DNA of 64,000 nucleotides, taken from NCBI GenBank assembly GCA_041662745.1, contig JBAZRV010000005.1, positions 6,605 through 70,604 on the forward strand, read 5' to 3'. This stretch comes from Patescibacteria group bacterium (GTDB lineage: Bacteria; Patescibacteriota; Patescibacteriia; 2-01-FULL-39-33). How positions within the stretch are numbered: the stretch's first letter is position 1; the number at the start of each line of letters is the position of its first letter. The notes beneath the pieces are model-generated. The model did no database searches. It saw nothing but the letters and a program-made list of their open reading frames with translations, and had not been told where the DNA came from. The position numbers and the translations under genes were made by a program. Below, in pieces: positions 57,915 to 64,000 of the stretch.

Positions 57915-57915
57915 T

Positions 57916-59067
57916 ATGCCAGAAGAAATAATCAAAGTTGAACCAAAGCCGATTGAAAAGAACCGCCGGCCGATCGCCCGAATCACTATCGGCACGCTTA
58001 ATATCTTCCTGGTGCCGGCCAAAAAAAGATTCCATAAATTTTACCATCCGCAAAAAAACAGCAACTGGCTCTGGCATATTGCCGTAGACGGCTTGTTAGC
58101 TTTAGCGATCATTCTTATCACTGTCTTTAATATTTATATCTGGCTTAATCCGCCCCGATATGCCAATGATATTTCCAGTCTTCTGACTGCGGCTTTCTCT
58201 CAGCCGAGATTAGCGGTCGCCTTAAAAACCGGTGACAGCATTGTCAGCCCCGGCGGAAAACTGGTTTATCGCATTAAAGTCAAAAACGTCGGCCGCGCCT
58301 CCGCCAAAGATGTTACCGTCAATCTGCATATTGACAGCGAACTTTATGGCGGCGATAAAAAAATCATTTTTACCTCCGAGCAGGCTCCGGCTTTAGCAGA
58401 ATTAAAACCTAACGCCGAACAGGAAGTCACTTACTCTTTCACGCTGAACAAAAATTTTGTTCAGCAAACCTCCGATCAAACCCAACCGGTTATTGTCTCC
58501 TATACTGAAGTATTATTTTACCCTGAGAACAATCTCAAAAAGCAGGTTATCGTCAGCGAGAAGTCAATCCAAAAAATCAGAAGCGTTATCGGACTGGAAG
58601 CTTTTAGCCGCTATCAATCTGCCGAGGGCGAACAGCTTGGCATCGGACCGAATCCTCCGCTGGCCGGATCAGCCACCCGCTATTGGATCTTCTTCGTTGC
58701 TAATACTAATTATAATGACGCTGAAAATTTCATAGCTACCGGCCATCTGCCGGATAATGTCCGCTTTACCGGACGCTCCAGCGCCTTAAGCGAAGAAGGC
58801 ATCAGCTACAATCCTAACAATAGGATGATTGCTTGGCGACTTGATCGCGTAACCGCGCCCACTGATTTTTATTCAATTGTCGGCGCTTCATTAGAGGTGG
58901 AAATCATTCCCTGGCAAAGCCAATCCGGCCAAACAGCAACCCTGATTGATAACATAAAACTGACTGCTACCGATTCATTCACGGGAGAAGGGATAGAAAA
59001 AACCATAAAAGACATCACCACGGCCACTGCCGAGGAACCCGACGGCGGTCTGGTAAAAAGCAAGTAA
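57916..59067 (+). CDS. membrane-anchored protein with DUF11/CARDB-like extracellular domain
   Basis: Start is 2 bp after the previous stop. TM helix (LLALAIILITVFNIYIWL). DUF11-like segment (GGKLVYRIKVKNVGRASAKDVTVNLHID). Confidence 0.45.
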   Translation: MPEEIIKVEPKPIEKNRRPIARITIGTLNIFLVPAKKRFHKFYHPQKNSNWLWHIAVDGLLALAIILITVFNIYIWLNPPRYANDISSLLTAAFSQPRLAVALKTGDSIVSPGGKLVYRIKVKNVGRASAKDVTVNLHIDSELYGGDKKIIFTSEQAPALAELKPNAEQEVTYSFTLNKNFVQQTSDQTQPVIVSYTEVLFYPENNLKKQVIVSEKSIQKIRSVIGLEAFSRYQSAEGEQLGIGPNPPLAGSATRYWIFFVANTNYNDAENFIATGHLPDNVRFTGRSSALSEEGISYNPNNRMIAWRLDRVTAPTDFYSIVGASLEVEIIPWQSQSGQTATLIDNIKLTATDSFTGEGIEKTIKDITTATAEEPDGGLVKSK

Positions 59068-59091
59068 ATTCCGATGTTTTAGACCAAACTA

Positions 59092-59120
59092 TTGACATTT
59101 GTACCATTGTTTGCTATACT
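59092..59120 (+). promoter_or_regulatory. sigma-70-type promoter preceding a ~170-nt structured 5' UTR
   Basis: TTGACA, a 17-nt spacer, TATACT. Downstream hairpins (gttgggatgttcccaac; ggcggc...gccgcc) precede the RBS aaggag of the 59295 gene. Confidence 0.45.
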
Positions 59121-59294
59121 GATATATCAAGTTGGGATGTTCCCAACTGATGATAAGAACATTAAAAAAAGCTTAAAAAGGAGGAAGCGGCGCTGTGTGC
59201 CGCCAACTCAGGATGGGTAAGCGGCAATGTTGTCGCCCCCAATTTTAGGGCAAATTCGTACCGCTAAGGCGGGAAAACAAAAGGAGTTAAGCCC

Positions 59295-60656
59295 ATGCGT
59301 AAGGTATCGTTGTTGCTGGTTGGTTTGCTGGCCCTGTCGGCCATCGGTCTTGTCGGTTGCATGCCGGAGAAATTTATCGTTTCCGGCGACTTCTACGTCC
59401 AAGCGGATGATCCGCGGGACGATGACTACTACCTGGGATCCGTTGACTTGACTGATGAGGCCAATATGCCCGTCGATTATTCGGACGCGGATTACGTCGT
59501 GTGGAACGTGGACACCGTTTTTAGTAGCGGTCGAACCATTCCGTTCGATTGGACAATTAGCAAGACCGGCGCCGATCCCGAAACTTCGGCCCCGCGAATC
59601 TGGCAAAAGGGTTCCAATCGCGCCGGCGTTAAAATGTCCCTGGACGGATCACGCTTCGGCCTGATCTTTGATGCCGCTGTCGGCTACAGCAATAGCGAGG
59701 GCGTCGGCATCACTACCTGGACGGCGCAAAAGTCCTGCCTGATGGCAACCGATTGGTCCGGCGAAGGCGAGGGTGAAGGTGAAGCGGTTCCCGTTATCAC
59801 CAATCAGCCCGATTCTTTGACGGCTAACGTCGGCCAGCAAGTACAATTCACGGTCGGCGCCACCGGCGGCAACCTGAAATACTGTTGGCAGGACAACGGC
59901 ATTGACATTACGCCCAATCAGTATTCGGGCGGAGTCAATTCGGCAACCCTCACGATTTACTCCATTGGAGAGATCAATGAGGGCGCCTATCGTTGTCGGG
60001 TCTGGAATAGCCAGGGATCGGTTTACTCCGATCCGGCCATTCTAACCATTACCAATGGTTCAACCGGTGATACTACTCCGCCGGTCATTACGCTTAACGG
60101 CGCCTCCACGATTTATCTGTCAGTCGGCGGTTCCTGGGTTGACCCGGGCGCCACAGCCACAGATAATGTGGATGGCAATTTGACGTCAAAGATCAATGTG
60201 ACTGGCACCGTCAACACGGCAATCGCCGGAACATACCACCTAACCTACACAGCCAGCGACAACAGTGGCAATCAGGCCTCGGTAACGCGGACAGTCATCG
60301 TTGGCAGTATCGCTCCCACGAGTGATCTGACGATCGCGTTGACATGGAACGGCAGTTACTTGTACCTTTCGGCCACGAACGCGCCGGCCAGCGGGATTAT
60401 TGGACTGGAACTATACCAGCCCAGCTACCCGTGGATTGAACGGGAAACCTACAATGTCTCGTCCGCCGGACTAGCTAATGGAACTGTCACCAAGTTCCGC
60501 TTCAATGTCAGCCGAACGATACGGTTCTCGGTGGTTACCAACGCCTCCAGCGGCGGTTATGTCGCCAATGATGCGGTAACGATTACCTTGAACGGAGCGA
60601 CCGTACCGCTCGTCAATGACGGCAATGGTAACTGGGCCTTCCAAGCCGCCGTCTAA
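59295..60656 (+). CDS. lipoprotein with Ig-like (I-set-like) and DUF5011-type Ig domains
   Basis: Lipobox (LVGC). Ig-like segment (GAYRCRVWNSQGSVYSDPAILTI). DUF5011-like segment (TTPPVITLNGAST...ATDNVDGNLTSKINVTG...GTYHLTYTASDNSGNQASVTRTVIV). The gene is GC-richer than its neighbours. Confidence 0.6.
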   Translation: MRKVSLLLVGLLALSAIGLVGCMPEKFIVSGDFYVQADDPRDDDYYLGSVDLTDEANMPVDYSDADYVVWNVDTVFSSGRTIPFDWTISKTGADPETSAPRIWQKGSNRAGVKMSLDGSRFGLIFDAAVGYSNSEGVGITTWTAQKSCLMATDWSGEGEGEGEAVPVITNQPDSLTANVGQQVQFTVGATGGNLKYCWQDNGIDITPNQYSGGVNSATLTIYSIGEINEGAYRCRVWNSQGSVYSDPAILTITNGSTGDTTPPVITLNGASTIYLSVGGSWVDPGATATDNVDGNLTSKINVTGTVNTAIAGTYHLTYTASDNSGNQASVTRTVIVGSIAPTSDLTIALTWNGSYLYLSATNAPASGIIGLELYQPSYPWIERETYNVSSAGLANGTVTKFRFNVSRTIRFSVVTNASSGGYVANDAVTITLNGATVPLVNDGNGNWAFQAAV

Positions 60657-60803
60657 AAGTAAATAGCACTTTCCACCGTAGAGTGGCGACGATTAAACCC
60701 GTTGCCACTCTTTTTTAATTTAAAATTAGATAAAACTATTATTATTCACGGCTATTGACAAAAAACTTTATATTTGATATAATGACATATCCTAAAGAAA
60801 CTT

Positions 60804-61964
60804 ATGCGCATAGCGTTTATCGGCCAAAAAGGCATTCCTACTAGCCAGGGCGGAATCGAAAAACACGTTGAGGAACTCTCCACCAGACTGGTTGAGCAGG
60901 GTTTTGACGTTACCGTTTATGGCCGGCCGAATTATACCGGCGACAGTCGCAAAGAATATGAGTACCGCGGAGTCAAAATCATCCAACTCCCCTCTTTGGC
61001 GACCAAGCATTTAGACGCCATCACCCACACCTTTGTTGCTACCATCCACGCCTTATTCCAAAATTATGACATCATCCATTACCATGGCGTCGGCCCCTCG
61101 CTTTTATCTTTCATCCCGCGCTTATTAAAACCGCACGCCAAAGTAGTCGTCACCTTCCATTGCATTGACCGCACCCATCAGAAATGGGGTCGCTTTGCCC
61201 GTTTGGCTTTAGCTATCGGCGAATGGACTGCTGTTACCTTCCCTCATGAAACCATTGTCATTTCCAATATTTTAAAAAAGTACTGCCTTTACCGTTTTGA
61301 CAAGGAATGCCGATACATTCCCAACGGCGTAGCCGTAAACCAGTCGGAAGAGGAGGAATACAGCCTAATCAAAAACGGTTTAATCGCCGGCGAATATATT
61401 ATTGCCGTTTCTCGCTTAGTGCCGCACAAGGGTATCCATACCCTGATCAAAGCTTACAGCTCTATCGCGACTGACAAAAAATTAGTCATTATCGGCGACG
61501 GCGCCAACACTGACGCTTATGTGGCTCAAATTAAAAGCTTGGCCAAGAGTAACCCCAGTATTATTTTAGCCGGACTGAAATCGGGTAACGAATTAGCGGC
61601 CCTATTTAAAAATGCCTACTTATTCGTTCAACCTTCGGAAGCCGAGGGCTTGTCTATCGCCTTACTGGAAGCCATGGCTTATGGCGTTCCGGCTATTATC
61701 TCCAATATTGAAGAGAACCAAGAACCGGCCGAGGGTTTGGCCTTGGAGTTCATTAATAAATCCTGGGAGAGCTTGGCTAAAAAAATAGAATTCGCTTTAG
61801 CTAACTCAGTAGAAATAAAACGCTTGGCTGACTTGGCCCAAAAACGCGTGGCCACCGAATACGATTGGCAAGACATCGCGCAACAAACTTCCGCTCTGTA
61901 TCGCGAACTGACCAAAGAAAAACAACTTGGAGTATTAACTGCCAAATATAAGCATAACGGCTAA
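60804..61964 (+). CDS. GT4-family glycosyltransferase
   Basis: GT4 motifs (RLVPHKGIHTLI, SEAEGLSIALLEAMAYGVPAIIS). Confidence 0.8.
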   Translation: MRIAFIGQKGIPTSQGGIEKHVEELSTRLVEQGFDVTVYGRPNYTGDSRKEYEYRGVKIIQLPSLATKHLDAITHTFVATIHALFQNYDIIHYHGVGPSLLSFIPRLLKPHAKVVVTFHCIDRTHQKWGRFARLALAIGEWTAVTFPHETIVISNILKKYCLYRFDKECRYIPNGVAVNQSEEEEYSLIKNGLIAGEYIIAVSRLVPHKGIHTLIKAYSSIATDKKLVIIGDGANTDAYVAQIKSLAKSNPSIILAGLKSGNELAALFKNAYLFVQPSEAEGLSIALLEAMAYGVPAIISNIEENQEPAEGLALEFINKSWESLAKKIEFALANSVEIKRLADLAQKRVATEYDWQDIAQQTSALYRELTKEKQLGVLTAKYKHNG

Positions 61965-61991
61965 AACCAAAGTCGTTCTGTTTGTTTTGAG

Positions 61992-62447
61992 ATGGATAAT
62001 CTAAGTTTTCGGACATTACAATGCAATCAAACCGTCTACGCCAAAAACATGGCGAGACAAAAAGGAGAAAACATGCATATTTTACTTAGTTGGTTTATTG
62101 GATTATCGCTTTTAGGCACAGCAATCGGATGTGTTTATATGAAAAAATATAAAAGCAGGTTTTATATCATAACGCTCATAATATTGACGGCGTTTGTTTT
62201 CTTTGCTATCGGCTTAATGACTTTTATCGGCAATCCAGTATCATTATCTAAGCTTAAAACCGATACCGTCTATCAGGTTGTAGGCCAGCATCGCGACGCG
62301 GATAACGGCTTTATTACTACAGTCAAAGCGCCGAATGGCGCTTTCAGATTGATTAAATGCAAAGAACAAGTACCTGAATTGTTCATTGTCAAGCACTCGT
62401 TTTGGGATGGCAAGATAACGATCGAAGAGTTTATGATAAAGCACTAA
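61992..62447 (+). CDS. small hypothetical membrane protein (possible start at 62077)
   Basis: Two TM helices (ILLSWFIGLSLLGTAIGCVY, ITLIILTAFVFFAIGLMTFI). Confidence 0.35.
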   Translation: MDNLSFRTLQCNQTVYAKNMARQKGENMHILLSWFIGLSLLGTAIGCVYMKKYKSRFYIITLIILTAFVFFAIGLMTFIGNPVSLSKLKTDTVYQVVGQHRDADNGFITTVKAPNGAFRLIKCKEQVPELFIVKHSFWDGKITIEEFMIKH

Positions 62448-62568
62448 TCCACAATCAAGAACCTTATCCGCCCCGCGCAGCGATTTGCTGACGCGGGGTT
62501 TTATTTTGTTCTTCTCCTGTTTTTGTGTTATAATAATATCAATTAATCCACCCGGAAGGTGACAAACT

Positions 62569-64000
62569 ATGCTTAACCAAAAAGATTTGGAAGAGATTTT
62601 GCTCCAAAGCAAAATTTTAGAAACCAAACAAATCAAAGAATACTCCGACAAGGCCCGTCAGGCCAATAAAAAGCTGGAGGATTTTTTGGTTGACAAAAAA
62701 ATCATCGCCCCCAATTTGCTGTACGAATCGGCGGCCAAATATTACGATCTGCCCTATATTGATCTCAAAAATCAAACTATCCGCAAGGATATCCTATTCA
62801 CCATCCCCGAAGTAACGGCCAGCGCCCACAAAACCATAGCTTTTGACAAAACCACCAAGGAACTCAAAGTCGCCACACTGGATATCTCCAATATTGAACT
62901 GTTTGATTTCTTAGCCAAAAAAACCGGCTTAGAGGTCCTGCTTCATTTGACTTCTCCGGATAATATCAAAGACGCGCTCAAACAATATCATAAAGGATTG
63001 TCAGCCGACATCAAAACGATTGAAGAAGAAGAGAGCGAAGAAAAACCGGAAAACCTCAAATCCCTGGCTCAAGATCTGCCGGTGGTGCGCATCGTGGACA
63101 CCCTGTTAGAGTACGCCATTCTGGAAAAGGCCTCGGACATCCATATTGAGCCCTCCGACCAGGACGTAGCCGTACGCTACCGTATTGACGGCATGTTGCG
63201 TAAAGTCATGACTCTGCCCAAAACCGCTCATGCCGGCATTATCGCCAGAATCAAAATCCTGTCTAACTTAAAATTAGACGAACACCGCCTGCCCCAAGAC
63301 GGGCGCTTCAAAATAAAAAGCCAAGACTACCAGGTCTCTTTTCGCGTTTCCATCATCCCGACTTTTGACGGCGAGAAAGCGGTTTTGCGCCTTCTGCCCG
63401 ATACGGCCCAACAAATGACTTTGGAACAACTGGGCTTTCAACCTCAGGCGCTGGACGTGGTTAAACGCAACATCGTCAAGCCGCACGGCATGATTCTGGT
63501 TACCGGTCCGACCGGCTCCGGCAAAACCACCACCCTGTACACCATGTTGCAAGTCCTTAACAAACCGGAAGTAAATATTTCCACGGTTGAAGATCCGATT
63601 GAATACAAAATGCCCGGCATCAACCAATGCCAAGTCCAACCGAAAATAGGCTTTACTTTTGCCGCGGCCCTGCGCTCCTTTTTGCGCCAAGATCCCAACA
63701 TTATCCTGGTCGGAGAAATCCGCGACAATGAAACCGCCGACATTGCCATAAACGCCGCCATGACCGGCCACTTGGTCTTATCCACCTTGCACACTAACGA
63801 CGCGGCCACCTCCATCCCCCGTTTGACCGACATGAATGTGCCGACTTTCTTAATCTCCTCAACCCTTAACTTGATTATCGCCCAACGCTTGGTCAGGAAA
63901 ATCTGCAAAAATTGCATTGAAAGTTATAATCTAGACAAAAAGGGCGTCATGGAATTGGAAAAAGAATTCAACCTAAGCGCGGTAGAAAAAAGCCTGTCAG
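62569..64000 (+). CDS. pilB: type IV pilus assembly / type II secretion ATPase PilB/GspE (3' end truncated by the window edge)
   Basis: Own translation from ATG 62569 (RBS ggaaggtga): GspE N-terminal region (LPVVRIVDTLLEYAILEKASDIHIEP...AVRYRIDGML), Walker A (LVTGPTGSGKTTTL), Asp/His boxes, zinc CxxC (CKNC). The ORF track misses it because there is no stop inside the window. Confidence 0.85.
   Translation, partial: MLNQKDLEEILLQSKILETKQIKEYSDKARQANKKLEDFLVDKKIIAPNLLYESAAKYYDLPYIDLKNQTIRKDILFTIPEVTASAHKTIAFDKTTKELKVATLDISNIELFDFLAKKTGLEVLLHLTSPDNIKDALKQYHKGLSADIKTIEEEESEEKPENLKSLAQDLPVVRIVDTLLEYAILEKASDIHIEPSDQDVAVRYRIDGMLRKVMTLPKTAHAGIIARIKILSNLKLDEHRLPQDGRFKIKSQDYQVSFRVSIIPTFDGEKAVLRLLPDTAQQMTLEQLGFQPQALDVVKRNIVKPHGMILVTGPTGSGKTTTLYTMLQVLNKPEVNISTVEDPIEYKMPGINQCQVQPKIGFTFAAALRSFLRQDPNIILVGEIRDNETADIAINAAMTGHLVLSTLHTNDAATSIPRLTDMNVPTFLISSTLNLIIAQRLVRKICKNCIESYNLDKKGVMELEKEFNLSAVEKSLS

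Noticed and set aside
63274-63917. Two overlapping minus-strand ORFs (165 and 157 aa) near the window end
   Set aside because: The + strand here encodes a clear PilB/GspE ATPase, starting at 62569 and truncated at the window edge. The minus-strand ORFs are antisense artefacts.
1-64000. CRISPR arrays and rRNA genes
   Set aside because: No regularly spaced direct repeats of 25-40 bp with unique spacers were seen. No sequence resembling conserved 16S/23S/5S segments was recognised.

Overview
This 64-kb window comes from a compact bacterial genome with many overlapping or adjacent start/stop codons and mostly minus-strand genes. Host GC is moderate in core genes. The organism is probably an anaerobe, since it encodes desulfoferrodoxin and rubrerythrin. 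The gene content (lysine-rich N-terminal extension on RpoD, sortase/LPXTG, type IV pilus ATPase, a reduced-looking cell-wall cluster) is compatible with an uncultivated small-genome lineage, possibly CPR/Patescibacteria-like, but that is inference only. Layout: (1) ~840-5660: a cell-surface and methionine-sulfoxide-repair island, with a sortase, an LPXTG-anchored protein carrying an ice-binding-like domain and two DUF11 repeat domains (adhesin-like), msrA, msrB and a membrane-anchored MsrP-like molybdopterin-binding (Moco) oxidoreductase. (2) 5664-20946: a ~15-kb AT-rich integrated defence/mobile island. It is bounded by a 66-bp direct repeat that contains the 3' end of tRNA-Asn, and at least five decayed copies of the same hairpin-plus-flank motif suggest serial integrations. 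The island carries a three-gene operon headed by an AlbA_2 (Schlafen-like) protein, two small-terminase-like HTH proteins flanking a ParB-nuclease-domain/DNA-methyltransferase fusion, a PD-(D/E)xK-like protein, a large serine recombinase, a standalone reverse transcriptase, a Vsr endonuclease, a full-length LexA repressor fused in frame to a C5-cytosine methyltransferase (LexA-Dcm), a putative cognate restriction endonuclease, and an asparaginase plus GNAT cassette. (3) tRNA-Asn(GTT) with an unusual tRNA-like structured leader, then rpoD-dnaG. (4) Three hypothetical genes, dfx and rbr, then a TraD/VirD4-like ATPase with a proline-rich membrane partner, a sigma-70-region-4/HARE-HTH protein, mltG, a CAP-domain protein, uppP, a DUF212 protein, mutM, a NUDIX hydrolase, secA, hpf, and the cell-wall division gene cluster murB ... 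murC-murG-(hypothetical)-ftsW-murD-mraY, which carries insertions. (5) A polysaccharide/surface cluster: Wzz-like, Wzy/O-antigen-ligase-like, a 1086-aa GT4 (family 4 glycosyltransferase)+glycoside-hydrolase-like (GH-like)+FG-GAP protein, an Ig-like lipoprotein, another GT4, and the start of pilB. No CRISPR array or rRNA was seen. The most notable candidate is the LexA-Dcm fusion methyltransferase set between Vsr and a restriction endonuclease, which looks like an SOS-coupled restriction-modification module. The AlbA_2 three-gene operon and the orphan reverse transcriptase in the same island come next.
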